Source: Nitrospirota bacterium (GTDB lineage Bacteria; Nitrospirota; Nitrospiria; SBBL01; JAADHI01). Taken from it: a DNA stretch of 64,000 nt. A program made the position numbers and the translations under genes. Position 1 is the first letter of the stretch. Each line of letters begins with the position of its first letter. The notes under the pieces were generated by a model that saw nothing but the letters and a program-made list of their open reading frames with translations, was not told where the DNA came from and made no database searches. Where the stretch lies: positions 1,731 through 65,730 of the forward strand of contig JAJDBV010000061.1 in the NCBI GenBank assembly GCA_029261165.1, given 5' to 3'. This document shows, piece after piece, positions 22,625-35,222 of the stretch.

Positions 22625-23638
22625 TCAATCACGGATCAGCCGCTCGGCAATCTGAACGGCATTGAGTGCGGCTCCTTTTCTCAGGTTATCGGCAACGACC
22701 CAAAGGTGAAGGCCATTCGTGACAGAATGGTCTTTCCGGACTCTCCCGACATAGACATTATCCTCTCCCACGATATCAAGCGGAGTGGGATATATTTTTC
22801 TCCCCGGATCATCAAACACCGTAATCCCCGGCGCGCATGAAAGAAGCGCCCGTGCTTCATCCGGGTCAAGTTCCTTTTCAGTTTCAATATTGACTGATTC
22901 GCCATGCGAACGGAACACAGGAACCCGAATGGTCGTCGCCGTGACTTGGAGCGAAGGTTCTCCCATAATCTTTTTCGTCTCTTCGATGATCTTGCTCTCT
23001 TCCTCAGTAAACCCGGTTTCTGAATCACAATCCCAATTCACAATACAGTTAAACGCAATTTGGTTCGGGTAGACATTACATTCAACCTCCTTAAAGGAAA
23101 GAACCGCCTTCGTCTGATCCATTAATTCACTCATGGCTTCCTTCCCGCTCCCGGAGACAGATTGGAAGGTGGTCACCACAACGCGTCGTATTCTTGCGGC
23201 GTCGTGAAGCGGTTTTAGGGGAACAACCAATTGCGCCGTCGAACAATTCGGGTTGGCGATAATCCCCCGGTGCGTAGAAATAAGATCCCCATTGACTTCG
23301 GGGACAATTAGAGGAACCTTGGGCTCCATACGAAATGCGCTCGAGTTATCAATGACAACACACCCAGCCGTGGCCGCATGCGGGGTAAACTTCCGGCTCA
23401 AGTTACTGTCGGTCGCCCCGAGGACCAGATCAATTCCCTCAAAGACATCTTCGCTCAAGGCCAGAACCGAAATTTCCCGGCCCGCATACGATATCGTTGA
23501 ACCGGCTGAGCGTTCGGAAGCAAAAAGATGGAGTTTCTCTATCGGGAACTTTCGCTCCTCCAGTATTTCTACCATTTCCTGGCCGACAACACCCGTCGCC
23601 CCCATAATTGCAACCTGGTATGCTTCCTTTTTCTTCAT
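22625..23638 (-). CDS. asd: Aspartate-semialdehyde dehydrogenase
   Basis: [22 protein letters not shown] and [14 protein letters not shown] overlap with the leuB stop. Confidence 0.96.
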   Translation of the reverse strand: MKKKEAYQVAIMGATGVVGQEMVEILEERKFPIEKLHLFASERSAGSTISYAGREISVLALSEDVFEGIDLVLGATDSNLSRKFTPHAATAGCVVIDNSSAFRMEPKVPLIVPEVNGDLISTHRGIIANPNCSTAQLVVPLKPLHDAARIRRVVVTTFQSVSGSGKEAMSELMDQTKAVLSFKEVECNVYPNQIAFNCIVNWDCDSETGFTEEESKIIEETKKIMGEPSLQVTATTIRVPVFRSHGESVNIETEKELDPDEARALLSCAPGITVFDDPGRKIYPTPLDIVGEDNVYVGRVRKDHSVTNGLHLWVVADNLRKGAALNAVQIAERLIRD

Positions 23639-24759
23639 GAACCCACGACCTTCCACTCTTTTAACCGCGCCACAACCTGATCTCCCATTTCTTTTGTGCC
23701 GATTTTTTGCGTCCCTTCTGAAAAGATATCAGGCGTTCGATAGCCTTCCTCCAATACATTGAAAACGGCATCATCAATCGCGCAGGCCTCCTTCTCCAGA
23801 CCAAAGGAATATCGCAACATCATCGCCGCAGAGAGAATGGTTGCAAGGGGATTGGCGATGTCCCGGCCAGCAATATCCGGTGCGCTGCCATGGATCGGTT
23901 CATACATCCCCTTCACATAACCATGCGGGTCTTTATCCGTCTGTCCTCCCATGCTTGCAGAGGGGAGCATCCCGATAGAACCGGTGAGCATGGCCGCGGC
24001 ATCCGACAGGATGTCTCCAAACATATTCGTCGTCACCAGGACATCAAACTGCTTCGGGTTTCGAATCAACTGCATGGCACAGTTATCAACATACATGTGA
24101 GACAACTCAACATCGGGATAATCTTTATGGACAGAAATAACCACCTTACGCCACAACTCGGTCACCTCCAGGACATTGGCCTTGTCAACCGATGTCAACT
24201 TCTTACGCCGTTTCCGGGCAACCTCGAAGGCGACACGGGCAATCCGTTCCACTTCGGACGTGGTATAAACCAGTGTATTGACTCCCCGCTCTTCCTGACC
24301 AAACTTCTCGATGCCGCGCGGTTTCCCAAAATAGATTCCTCCGGTCAATTCGCGCACAACCATCAGATCAATCCCGTCAATGACTTCCCGTTTCAAGGTC
24401 GAGGCATCAGCCATCATCGGATAGAGGATCGCGGGGCGGAGATTAGCGAAAAGACCCAGTTTCTCCCGAAGTCCCAACAGCGCCCGCTCGGGGCGAATCG
24501 CGTAATCCATCCCCTCCCACTTCGGCCCGCCTACGGCTCCCAGTAAAACTGCATCCGCATCCTCTGCCAACCGGAGGGTCTCCTCCGGCAGCGGTTCCCC
24601 AAATTGATCGATCGCTGCGCCTCCGACGATCCCACTTTTAAAATTAAACTGATGCCCGAACTTCCGCCCAACCACCTCTAAAACGGCCACAGCCTGAGGA
24701 ATAATCTCCCGCCCGATTCCATCGCCCGGAAAAACCGCCACTTTTATATTATCTGCCAT
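23635..24759 (-). CDS. leuB: 3-isopropylmalate dehydrogenase
   Basis: [30 protein letters not shown] and [12 protein letters not shown]. Confidence 0.97.
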   Translation of the reverse strand: MADNIKVAVFPGDGIGREIIPQAVAVLEVVGRKFGHQFNFKSGIVGGAAIDQFGEPLPEETLRLAEDADAVLLGAVGGPKWEGMDYAIRPERALLGLREKLGLFANLRPAILYPMMADASTLKREVIDGIDLMVVRELTGGIYFGKPRGIEKFGQEERGVNTLVYTTSEVERIARVAFEVARKRRKKLTSVDKANVLEVTELWRKVVISVHKDYPDVELSHMYVDNCAMQLIRNPKQFDVLVTTNMFGDILSDAAAMLTGSIGMLPSASMGGQTDKDPHGYVKGMYEPIHGSAPDIAGRDIANPLATILSAAMMLRYSFGLEKEACAIDDAVFNVLEEGYRTPDIFSEGTQKIGTKEMGDQVVARLKEWKVVGS

Positions 24760-24793
24760 TATCTAGCTCCATCTTTGTAATCCTGATCATCGC

Positions 24794-26341
24794 TTAAATT
24801 AAGCCCACTTCCTTTTCGCCTGAATTCTTCCTGTCTCCCCATGCGGCCAGTTTATTCAATCCGTTCAAATAGGCTCGAACGGAGGCAATGATGATATCGG
24901 TATCCGCTCCGTGGCCCATGACGCGTCTTTCTCTTTCTTCAAGGATGACCGTCACTTCTCCCAGAGCATCCGTACCACCGGTGATTCCCTTCACCACATA
25001 GGACTTCAAATGGCTCTTTGTCTCCGTCATCGATGCGATTGTTTTATAGGCGGCATCGACAACACCGTCTCCCTGCCCGGCTTTTTTAAGAACTTGCTCT
25101 CCCACGGCAAGTTCAACCGTCACCTTAGGGGAAATATTGCTCCCGCTTTCCGAATGGATCGAGACAAGACGGTAACGTTCCACTTTGCGGCCCATTTCTT
25201 CTGAAATGATGGCCTCCAGATCTTCATCGAAGATCTCTTTTTTCTGATCGGCCAAGTGTTTCAGTCGTTCAAATGCCTTATTCAAGTCAGCCTCATTCGG
25301 GTGATAACCCAACTCCTCAAGACGATTTTTAAAGGCGTGCCGCCCGGAATGCTTGCCCAACACCATACGTGTCTTTCCGACACCGACTGATTCGGGTCGG
25401 ATGATTTCATACGTCATCTTTTCCTTAAGAAGTCCGTCCTGGTGTATTCCCGATTCGTGAGCAAAGGCATTGGCACCGACGATGGCCTTATTCGGTTGGA
25501 CCGGCATTCTTGTGATTCTACTGACCAGGCGACTTGTTGTTATAATCTCTTCCGTTGTAATCTGCGTATCCGCCGCGAAGAAATCTTTGCGTGTACGCAG
25601 GGCCATGACCACCTCCTCCAATGAGGCATTTCCAGCACGTTCTCCAATACCGTTGATGGTACATTCCACCTGACCGGCACCCGCATGAACCGCACTCAAT
25701 GAATTGGACACAGCAAGCCCAAGATCATTATGGCAATGAACTGAAATAACGGCTTGATCAATATTCGGAACACGTCTTCTAATCGCCTGAATCAGCCGGT
25801 GAAACTCCTCCGGCGTCGTATACCCGACTGTATCCGGAATATTCACCGTTTTAGCACCTGCGGAAATCACTGCTTCCAGCATTTCACAGAGATAAGACTC
25901 TTCGGAACGGGTCGCGTCCATCGGAGAAAACTCCACATCCTCCACATAACCACGGGAATGTTGAACAATTTCAACAGCCCGATCAAGCGCCTCTTTCCGT
26001 GTCATCCTGAATTGGTATTTCAAATGAATATCCGATGTGGAAATAAAGGTATGAATCCTGACTTTTTCCCCTCCCTTCAAGGCCTCCCATGCACTGTCGA
26101 CATCTGCCGCCTTTGCCCTCGCAAGACTACAGACCACCGGCCCTTCCACCTCTTGGGAGATTTTCTGTATTGCCTCAAAATCTCCTGAAGAACTGACCGC
26201 AAAACCGGCTTCAATGATATCAACTCCCAGACGGGCAAGTTGCCTTGCAATGAGAATCTTTTCTTCAACATTCATCGTCGCGCCTGGAGACTGTTCCCCA
26301 TCGCGAAGGGTCGTATCAAATATCTGAATCAGTCGTGACAT
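24794..26341 (-). CDS. leuA: 2-isopropylmalate synthase
   Basis: FDTTLRDGEQ, HCHNDLG, GIGERAGN and HESGIHQDG. ATG 26341 follows an AAGGA Shine-Dalgarno. Confidence 0.97.
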   Translation of the reverse strand: MSRLIQIFDTTLRDGEQSPGATMNVEEKILIARQLARLGVDIIEAGFAVSSSGDFEAIQKISQEVEGPVVCSLARAKAADVDSAWEALKGGEKVRIHTFISTSDIHLKYQFRMTRKEALDRAVEIVQHSRGYVEDVEFSPMDATRSEESYLCEMLEAVISAGAKTVNIPDTVGYTTPEEFHRLIQAIRRRVPNIDQAVISVHCHNDLGLAVSNSLSAVHAGAGQVECTINGIGERAGNASLEEVVMALRTRKDFFAADTQITTEEIITTSRLVSRITRMPVQPNKAIVGANAFAHESGIHQDGLLKEKMTYEIIRPESVGVGKTRMVLGKHSGRHAFKNRLEELGYHPNEADLNKAFERLKHLADQKKEIFDEDLEAIISEEMGRKVERYRLVSIHSESGSNISPKVTVELAVGEQVLKKAGQGDGVVDAAYKTIASMTETKSHLKSYVVKGITGGTDALGEVTVILEERERRVMGHGADTDIIIASVRAYLNGLNKLAAWGDRKNSGEKEVGLI

Positions 26342-26370
26342 TATTAATTTCCTTTTTTTAGGACTTAAAG

Positions 26371-26410
26371 AAAAAAGGCCCTCATCAGGGTGTTCCAATT
26401 GATGAAGGCC
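26371..26410 (-). terminator. Intrinsic-terminator-like hairpin between pssA and leuA
   Basis: Minus strand GGCCTTCATCA-12 nt-TGATGAGGGCC followed by T6. Confidence 0.7.
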
Positions 26411-26446
26411 ATTCTTTTTATATCACATCGCAATGCAATGTGATAT

Positions 26447-27268
26447 CTAATGTTTAAGAATGATCTCCTTATCTTCAATATCCTCAAGCTCCGATTGGAG
26501 TGGAGAATCCTCTCGGGGCTGATTTTTAAGCCGCCGGTAAAGCGCAAGCAATGGTCGTTCTGCTATTCCGGAGAGAACATAAATTGCAATCACTGAAAAA
26601 AGCATGACCTGCGGAGCCGTGACCAGGACCAATAAAATCAGAACCAGACCAACCAGGGCACCGAAGGGCTTTCGGTCTCTCAGGTTCAGGTCTTTAAAAC
26701 TACGGTAGAAAATATTACTCACCATGAGAAAGGCCAGGATATAGATAACGGTCAACATTAGGACAGGACGAACCTCTTTCCCAAAATCAAGAATATAACC
26801 GTCCAGATTAATCGTTGTTGCAACCAGGGTCGCTGCAGCGGGGATCGGAAGTCCAATAAACCCTTTGCTCTCAGGTCCGGAAACCTGGACATTAAACCGT
26901 GCAAGACGAAGGGCACCGCAGACAATGAAGAGAAAAACCGCCACCCAACCCAATCGTCCGTAAGCGCGGAGCCCCCAGGAGTAGGCTAGAAGCGCCGGAG
27001 CCACACCGAAGGAAACAAGGTCGGACAATGAATCATATTCGACCCCGAAACGGCTTGTCGTATTTGTTAAACGTGCCAATTTTCCATCAAGCATATCAAA
27101 AACAGTCGCGATCAGGATTGCCGTTGCGGCCGTATCAAAATGACCGTTAAAAACAGAAATAATGGAAAAAACACCGCAAAAAAGGTTGCCGCTTGTGAAC
27201 AGATTCGGAATGATATAGATCCCTTTTTTCCGAAGTTCTCTGATCTTGGGCTTTCTTTTTTTTCTCAT
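26447..27268 (-). CDS. pssA: CDP-diacylglycerol--serine O-phosphatidyltransferase
   Basis: PNLFT.GN, D.LDG..AR..S.FG..YDSLSD and LRLARFN. Confidence 0.95.
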   Translation of the reverse strand: MRKKRKPKIRELRKKGIYIIPNLFTSGNLFCGVFSIISVFNGHFDTAATAILIATVFDMLDGKLARLTNTTSRFGVEYDSLSDLVSFGVAPALLAYSWGLRAYGRLGWVAVFLFIVCGALRLARFNVQVSGPESKGFIGLPIPAAATLVATTINLDGYILDFGKEVRPVLMLTVIYILAFLMVSNIFYRSFKDLNLRDRKPFGALVGLVLILLVLVTAPQVMLFSVIAIYVLSGIAERPLLALYRRLKNQPREDSPLQSELEDIEDKEIILKH

Positions 27269-27912
27269 CGTAGTATTCCGATCACGCTTTCCCCGCCTTT
27301 CACTTTGTCCCCTTTGGAAATGCGAATCTCCGTCTCAATCGGAAGATACAGGTCAACCCGGGAACCAAAGCGGATTAGGCCAAAACGTTCACCCCGGTGA
27401 AGGGTTTCACCTATTTTTGTCTTGCAGACAATGCGTCTTGCGATCAAACCTGCAATCTGGATGCAAACCAGTTTTTTCCCGGAATCCGTTTCCAGGATAA
27501 GGGCATTCTGCTCATTCTCCAGCGAAGCCTTTGGGACATTCGCCGCCAAGAAACTGCCCTTGTTATAGATGAGGTCCAGCACCTTTCCGGCAACTGGACT
27601 TCGGTTCACATGGACATTAAAAATATCCAGAAAAATACTGATCTTGATCGCCGGTTTTTTTAAATACCGCCCTTCTTCCGTTGAGGAAATATCAACGATT
27701 TTTCCATCTGCCGGAGAAACCAGGACCCCCTCTTCGGCTGGGATGACCCGCTCCGGATCCCGGAAGAAATAGGTGCAAAACAAGGTAAGTGCACCGAAAA
27801 ATATTCCCCCGGGCCAACCAAGATAGAGACCTGCCGGAAGAATCAGGTTCCCAGCGATTCCGATAAAGACAAAACCTTCTTTTGCAATGGGAAAACGCTT
27901 CTCTTGCATCAT
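27265..27912 (-). CDS. psd: Phosphatidylserine decarboxylase proenzyme
   Basis: FFRDPER, SPADG, VHVNRSP, QIAG.IARRI and the RFGSRVD cleavage motif. Confidence 0.95.
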   Translation of the reverse strand: MMQEKRFPIAKEGFVFIGIAGNLILPAGLYLGWPGGIFFGALTLFCTYFFRDPERVIPAEEGVLVSPADGKIVDISSTEEGRYLKKPAIKISIFLDIFNVHVNRSPVAGKVLDLIYNKGSFLAANVPKASLENEQNALILETDSGKKLVCIQIAGLIARRIVCKTKIGETLHRGERFGLIRFGSRVDLYLPIETEIRISKGDKVKGGESVIGILR

Positions 27913-27964
27913 CCCTCAATATATCAATCTATTCACAAACAGAAATGTCTGTAACCGGAGGAAT

Positions 27965-29549
<1,585 letters not shown>

Positions 29550-29606
29550 TCACCCCCACGATACTGTCCAAAGTTTATAAAAATGGTAGAATGAAGCGTC
29601 CAAAGA

Positions 29607-31370
29607 TCAGGCCGTGAGAATGCCGTCGGCCTTCTCTTGCTCTTTCTCCCCCTTTTTCTTCGTCACCTCTTCCTCAGGGTCCGAAAAGACCATCTCATGA
29701 ATTGCAGCGCCCGCAGGGACCATCGGATAACAATTCTCTTCCTCATCCACTTGAAAGTCCATCATGACCGGCTTATCGATGGAAAGGGCCTCCTGAATCA
29801 CCTGATCCACCTCTCCGACCTCTGTTGCGCGCAAACCGACAGCACCGAAGGCTTCAGCCAGCTTCACAAAGTCAGTGCCGTCTCCCAAGTAACTTGAGGA
29901 GTAGCGGCGATCATAAAAGAGTTCCTGCCATTGACGCACCATACCGAGATATTTGTTGTTGATCACGGCAATCTTAACCGGGAGTTTATATTCAACAGCG
30001 GTGGCCATCTCCTGGATATTCATGACAATGCTCCCGTCTCCGGCAACACAAAACACCAGATCATCCGGAAAGGCTTTTTGTGCACCAATCGCAGCGGGAA
30101 GCCCATACCCCATCGTTCCTAACCCGCCCGAATTTGGAAAAGTTCTCGGTCGGTCAAACTTATAATATTGCGCCACCCACATCTGATGCTGACCAACATC
30201 TGTTGCGACAATGGCCTTCCCTTGCGTCGCCTCATAAATTCTTTCGATCACATATTGCGGCTTAATAATTTTATCCCCCTGGTCATACCCCAGCGGGTGT
30301 TCCTTCTTCCAATCCGCAATCTGAGAAAGCCAGGGCTGATTTTTTCCCGACTCCCCATTTTCGGAAGCCTTTAAAATCTGGTTGAGCCCGCTCAGGATCA
30401 CCTTGGCATCCCCCACTATCGGGATATCGGCCTTGATCACTTTATGGATCGATGTTGGATCGATGTCAATATGGACAATTTTAGCCTCTGGGGCAAAGTC
30501 AGCCACCCGTCCAGTCACACGGTCATCAAACCGAGAACCGACCGCAATGATTAAGTCGGAATGATGAATAGACATATTGGCCCAATAGGTGCCATGCATC
30601 CCTAACATTCCCAAAGACAAGGGATGTGTCCCCGGGAAAGCGCCCAGGCCCATGAGCGTCTGCGTCACCGGAATATGGGCACTCTCGGCCAAATCCAGCA
30701 ACTCTTGAGACGCGCCGGAAGCAAGAACTCCGCCGCCAGCATAAATCACAGGTCTTTTTGCTTTCATGATGCTTTGTGCCGCCTGCTTGACCTGCCATTT
30801 ATTCCCTTTGTAGTTGGGCGCGTAACTTCGAATATAGACCTTATCCGGATATTTAAATTCAGTCTTCGCCAAGACCACATCTTTTGGCAGATCGACTAAA
30901 ACAGGCCCGGGACGTCCGGAGGTCGCAATATAAAAGGCTTCTTTCACGGCTTTTGCGAGATCATTGACATCTTTGACCAGTATATTGTATTTCGTGCAGG
31001 GTCGTGTAATACCGACAACATCTGCCTCCTGAAAAGCATCATTACCGATTGACTTCGTTGGAACCTGCCCCGTCAATACGACCAAGGGCGTTGAATCCAT
31101 ATACGCATCGGCAATGGCCGTCACCGTGTTTGTTGCCCCCGGACCCGAGGTGACCAAGACAACGCCGGGCCGTCCTGTTGCCCGGGCATAACCCTCCGCC
31201 ATGTGGGTTCCTCCCTGCTCATGGCGGCAAAGAATGACCTCGATCTCTTTTTCACCATAGAGGACATCAAAAATGGGCAGGTTCACTCCGCCCGGATAAG
31301 CAAAAATGACGTCAACATTTTCTTTCTTGAGACATTCGATGAGTATTTGAGACCCGGATAACTTCATCAT
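29607..31370 (-). CDS. ilvB: Acetolactate synthase large subunit
   Basis: [24 protein letters not shown] and the GDGS..N TPP motif. ATG 31370/31367 follows AAGGAG. Confidence 0.96.
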   Translation of the reverse strand: MMKLSGSQILIECLKKENVDVIFAYPGGVNLPIFDVLYGEKEIEVILCRHEQGGTHMAEGYARATGRPGVVLVTSGPGATNTVTAIADAYMDSTPLVVLTGQVPTKSIGNDAFQEADVVGITRPCTKYNILVKDVNDLAKAVKEAFYIATSGRPGPVLVDLPKDVVLAKTEFKYPDKVYIRSYAPNYKGNKWQVKQAAQSIMKAKRPVIYAGGGVLASGASQELLDLAESAHIPVTQTLMGLGAFPGTHPLSLGMLGMHGTYWANMSIHHSDLIIAVGSRFDDRVTGRVADFAPEAKIVHIDIDPTSIHKVIKADIPIVGDAKVILSGLNQILKASENGESGKNQPWLSQIADWKKEHPLGYDQGDKIIKPQYVIERIYEATQGKAIVATDVGQHQMWVAQYYKFDRPRTFPNSGGLGTMGYGLPAAIGAQKAFPDDLVFCVAGDGSIVMNIQEMATAVEYKLPVKIAVINNKYLGMVRQWQELFYDRRYSSSYLGDGTDFVKLAEAFGAVGLRATEVGEVDQVIQEALSIDKPVMMDFQVDEEENCYPMVPAGAAIHEMVFSDPEEEVTKKKGEKEQEKADGILTA

Positions 31371-31585
31371 CCTTCTCCTTAGAACCACACTATATTCAGA
31401 CACACATGAGGGCTGCTCATAAATTCCTGAAGTCCTCATGCCCCGCTCTCAGGAAGTCAGATTTTGGTAACAGAAACCCAACGTTATCATAAGTTTATTA
31501 TTCTTAGCATAGCCAACAACCGGAGTCAACCGTAATGTCATGAGCAGGGGAAACAGATTCTATGGAGGGTTGATTTCGAAGAGGT

Positions 31586-32494
31586 CTATCTTGAGGAGAG
31601 GAAGAGGATGGAATCTCCCCTGGATATCGGCTCTATACTTTCTACGATGCGTGCGGTCGCGGTACGATCCTGCGTTGAAAGAATGACCAGATTTCCTACT
31701 TCGCGCTGAGGAAGGCCAGGCACTTTTTTAGATGAGCGAAATTCAGCTCGTTGTCCACCATGAAGGACCGCAAAGCGGTCGCCACGTGCCACGCCGTCCT
31801 TCTTGCCATAATCAATATAAACAATATCATGTTGCGCATTGTTTCTGCGATTGTCCCGGACCTCCACAATCGTTCCTTCTGTATTTTCAGGAAGGACTTG
31901 ATCTTTCAGGTCAGCCAGGCTCAACAAGTTTTCAAGCGAAACAATGAAGTCATTTCTGGAGATCGGTTCCTTCGAGTGAACAATCTTCGCCGTCGCCGAA
32001 TCTTTATTGGCATGCGTGACCTCTATGATTCCTAAAACATTGATGAGATCTCCCAATCGCTCTTCTGTCTTCGGATGATAAACATCTTTAATCGTCTTAA
32101 AAACGACCCATTGTCCTTTATCAGAAAAATCTTCACGGAAAGATTTCAGGTAGACAACATCACCATCCCCCAGCATAATCTTGGCATCTTCCGCTGCTTG
32201 AATTTCCCCATCAGGAATCAAATCCGCCACGATCATACCATTTGAAAATGTGGCCCAGAATTCAGGTTTCGGAGGCGGCGCTTCCTCAACAACCTCTGGT
32301 TCAACGACTTCTAGAGGGAGAGGAGCAGGGATTTTTTTCTCCGTAAAGAATGGAGGTGGGAGCGGCTCAACCAACTGCCGTTCTGTAGACAAAGCCTGAC
32401 CCTTAGGGCGCCCATCCGCAAAGACCGAATGATGAGTAAAGATCACCATTAGAACAAACAGCCCCGTTCCCCACCACATTTTTTTCACGGACAT
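31586..32494 (-). CDS. Exported protein resembling the C-terminal part of TsaP/FlgT-type proteins, with no LysM domain
   Basis: Signal peptide, Pro-rich linker, GD.VYL / V.HPKT.E.LG and D.VYID.G..DGV..GD motifs. Start ATG 32494. Confidence 0.6.
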   Translation of the reverse strand: MSVKKMWWGTGLFVLMVIFTHHSVFADGRPKGQALSTERQLVEPLPPPFFTEKKIPAPLPLEVVEPEVVEEAPPPKPEFWATFSNGMIVADLIPDGEIQAAEDAKIMLGDGDVVYLKSFREDFSDKGQWVVFKTIKDVYHPKTEERLGDLINVLGIIEVTHANKDSATAKIVHSKEPISRNDFIVSLENLLSLADLKDQVLPENTEGTIVEVRDNRRNNAQHDIVYIDYGKKDGVARGDRFAVLHGGQRAEFRSSKKVPGLPQREVGNLVILSTQDRTATARIVESIEPISRGDSILFLSSR

Positions 32495-32665
32495 CCTTTC
32501 TCCTTTCTTTACCATATAATAGAAAAAAGATACCAAATTACAAGAAATTGTCAAGCAATAACACAATGTTGACTCCCCTTTATTCAAAATGTTAGATTGA
32601 AGGCCATCAAGTCACGAAGAGCTTTATAAGGGTTTACTACATCTCATTTGGGCTGAATTCCATCT

Positions 32666-33940
32666 ATGTTGGCACTTAAAGACCTGCGCGAAGGCCTGGA
32701 CCTCGTACAAGACCGAATTGCGCTCAGGCAAATTGATATTTCTTTTGACGAATGGATCGGTCTGGACCGTCGCCAACGCGATCTTAAGAAACAGATTGAA
32801 GGGCTCAAATACAAAAAAAATAAAGCCTCAGGTCAAATCGCAAAACGAAAAAAAGAAAATGCACCTATCGAACCCATCCTTGAAGAAATGAAACAGGTCT
32901 CTGACGAGGTTGCCAAGCTCGAAGGCGCCCTAAGGCAGACTGAAGCAGAAATAAACCCCTTCCTGCTCAGGCTCCCCAACCTCCCCCACACCTCCGTCCC
33001 GATCGGAAAAAATGAACGCGACAATCCGGAAATTCGTCGCTGGGGGAAAGGTCCTTCTTTTTCCTTTCAGCCCTTAACTCATTTGGAAATTGGAGAACGG
33101 CTCGACATCCTTGATTTTAAACGGGGTGCCAAGATTACGGGGACACGATTCGCACTCTACAAAGGATGGGGCGCCCGGCTTGAACGTGCATTGATCAACT
33201 TCATGCTCGATCTTCATGTGAATGAGCATGGATACAAGGAAATGCTCCCGCCTTTTATCGTCAACGGTGAGAGCATGACCGCCACCGGACAGCTCCCGAA
33301 GTTTGAAGAAGACCTCTACAAGCTCAAAGATGACGATTATTTTCTCATCCCGACTGCAGAGGTCCCGCTGACCAATATCCATCGAGAGGAAACATTACTG
33401 GAATCCCAACTCCCTTTATCCTACGTGGCTTACACCCCTTGCTTTCGAAGAGAGGCCGGCACTTATGGCAATGAAAGCCGGGGCTTGATCAGGCAGCATC
33501 AATTTAATAAAGTCGAACTGGTCACTTTTTCATTTCCTGATGAATCATATGACTTACTGGAAAAACTCTTAACCCACGCTGAAGAGGTCCTAAAAAGGCT
33601 GGGACTCCACTACCGTGTTGTCTCCCTCTGTACGGGTGATCTTGGTTTTTCTTCGGCAAAGACGTATGATGTAGAGGTTTGGCTTCCATCACAAAAAACG
33701 TATCGAGAGATCTCTTCGTGCAGTAACTTCGAGGCTTTTCAGGCGCGGCGCGCCCGGATTCGATACCGAAACAGGGAGGGGAAGGTCCTGCCTCTCCATA
33801 CACTCAATGGCTCCGCCCTCGCGGTTGGCCGAACCGTCGTCGCCCTTCTGGAGAACTATCAACAAGCAGACGGGTCGGTTCTCATTCCGGAATGCCTCCG
33901 GCCCTACATGGGAGGACTCAAGGCCATTGAAACAAATTGA
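32666..33940 (+). CDS. serS: Serine--tRNA ligase
   Basis: [38 protein letters not shown] and TLNGSALA. Confidence 0.98.
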   Translation: MLALKDLREGLDLVQDRIALRQIDISFDEWIGLDRRQRDLKKQIEGLKYKKNKASGQIAKRKKENAPIEPILEEMKQVSDEVAKLEGALRQTEAEINPFLLRLPNLPHTSVPIGKNERDNPEIRRWGKGPSFSFQPLTHLEIGERLDILDFKRGAKITGTRFALYKGWGARLERALINFMLDLHVNEHGYKEMLPPFIVNGESMTATGQLPKFEEDLYKLKDDDYFLIPTAEVPLTNIHREETLLESQLPLSYVAYTPCFRREAGTYGNESRGLIRQHQFNKVELVTFSFPDESYDLLEKLLTHAEEVLKRLGLHYRVVSLCTGDLGFSSAKTYDVEVWLPSQKTYREISSCSNFEAFQARRARIRYRNREGKVLPLHTLNGSALAVGRTVVALLENYQQADGSVLIPECLRPYMGGLKAIETN

Positions 33941-33970
33941 GTACTTAATAATGTCTGTCCAAACATAAAT

Positions 33971-34056
33971 GGAGGGGTGGCCGAGTGGCCTATGGCGGCG
34001 GTCTTGAAAACCGTTACCCGAAAGGGTCGTGGGTTCGAATCCTACCCCCTCCGCCA
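33971..34056 (+). tRNA. tRNA-Ser (anticodon TGA)
   Basis: GGAGGGG acceptor stem, anticodon loop CTTGAAA, long variable arm, GTTCGAATC, encoded CCA. Confidence 0.95.
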
Positions 34057-34135
34057 TAAGCCGTATCGAAAGATCAGGGTGATCAGAAAAATATTTTGAA
34101 GTTTTCTATAAAAGGAAATGTCCTAGCATAACCAA

Positions 34136-34229
34136 GGAGAGGTGGCCGAGCGGCTTAAGGCAGCGGTTTGCTAAACCGCCGTAGGGGCTTCAACCTCTAC
34201 CCAGGGTTCAAATCCCTGCCTCTCCGCCA
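34136..34229 (+). tRNA. tRNA-Ser (anticodon GCT)
   Basis: GGAGAGG acceptor stem, anticodon loop TTGCTAA, long variable arm, GTTCAAATC, encoded CCA. Confidence 0.95.
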
Positions 34230-34256
34230 AGTTTAGAACCATATGAAGAGGAGACT

Positions 34257-34796
34257 ATGAAACAAACAGCAACCGTCGTTCTTTTGTTCACCTTAATCTT
34301 TCTTGCTTCATGTAATAAAAATGAAGGAAGAGACGAACTTCCAGAGACCCTTCCACCGCCATTGTCCGTACAAGACTCAGATCGTCCAACTCCGCCGCCT
34401 CTCCGCGGAGGGGCACATACGGACATACCGGACCTGAGCGGGGCAAAAGTCATTGTTCCGGACATGGTCAAGGGAAAATGGAAAAGTATTAAACTGATGC
34501 TGGAGAATAAAAAGACCCATGAGATCACAGAACATGCAGTGAACCTGGGAGAAATATGGCATGTTCCCGGTTCCAACATTCAAGTAAAAGTCGGCATCTT
34601 TCTGCCTGACCTGATTATCCAAGGAACGGTGTTTACCTCAGTTTCTAATGAGTTGAAAAACCCCGCGATCCATGTGGTCATTACAGAAAATGGAGCTGAA
34701 CTTTTCGAGGGCTGGCTCTTCTCACTCTTCCCGACCATGCATCCATTTCAACATGACAATTTTGCCATTACCCTGAAAGATGTCCTCGCCTCATAA
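34257..34796 (+). CDS. Lipoprotein, DUF2155-like
   Basis: Lipobox LASC, Pro-rich linker, C-terminal NPA..V...E.G..LF.GWLF...P..HPF.H motif. Confidence 0.7.
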   Translation: MKQTATVVLLFTLIFLASCNKNEGRDELPETLPPPLSVQDSDRPTPPPLRGGAHTDIPDLSGAKVIVPDMVKGKWKSIKLMLENKKTHEITEHAVNLGEIWHVPGSNIQVKVGIFLPDLIIQGTVFTSVSNELKNPAIHVVITENGAELFEGWLFSLFPTMHPFQHDNFAITLKDVLAS

Positions 34797-34804
34797 ACCA
34801 GGTT

Positions 34805-34881
34805 GCGCCCATAGCTCAGTTGGATAGAGCACTTGACTACGAATCAAGGGGTCGGGAGTTCGAATCTCTCTGGGCGCACCA
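34805..34881 (+). tRNA. tRNA-Arg (anticodon ACG)
   Basis: GCGCCCA acceptor stem, anticodon loop CTACGAA, GTTCGAATC, encoded CCA. Confidence 0.96.
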
Positions 34882-35222
34882 GTTTTTTAATGTGTTAGAA
34901 AAAGCATCTGCAACAGCTGTAACCCACCCATCGGTCTTCCTATTGTAACTGCTTGTAAATTGACCTCGAAACTTAACCGCTAAAGTTTATTGCTTTTCAT
35001 CCGATAGTGTATTGATAGGATCATTGATCAAAGAAAAAAGAGGTTCTATCTGTATAAAATGGATGTGATTTACTTGGTTCAACATTCGAGGCTTTAAATG
35101 TGTTGTGATCCATGTCCATCCATCGAGATCTTGAAATTGAAGACCCGTCCCTCGGTGTTCCAGGATCATCCTGGTGGACCCTTGGAGATGGGCATCGCCA
35201 TCTCGCGGTATGGAGTAAGGGC

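Noticed and set aside
31413-31547. CTGCTCAT ... ATGAGCAG inverted repeat upstream of ilvB as a MITE or attenuator
   Set aside because: Only 8 bp, with no shared core with the other elements and no leader peptide or U-tract terminator.
33971-34056. tRNA containing TGA as a possible selenocysteine or opal-suppressor tRNA explaining the TGA at 52598
   Set aside because: The anticodon is TGA, which reads UCA (Ser). A Sec or suppressor tRNA needs anticodon TCA.
33689-34579. Minus-strand ORFs 33689-34057 and 34208-34579
   Set aside because: They are antisense to tRNA-Ser, serS and the lipoprotein gene. MAEGVGFEPT is a typical reverse-tRNA artefact.
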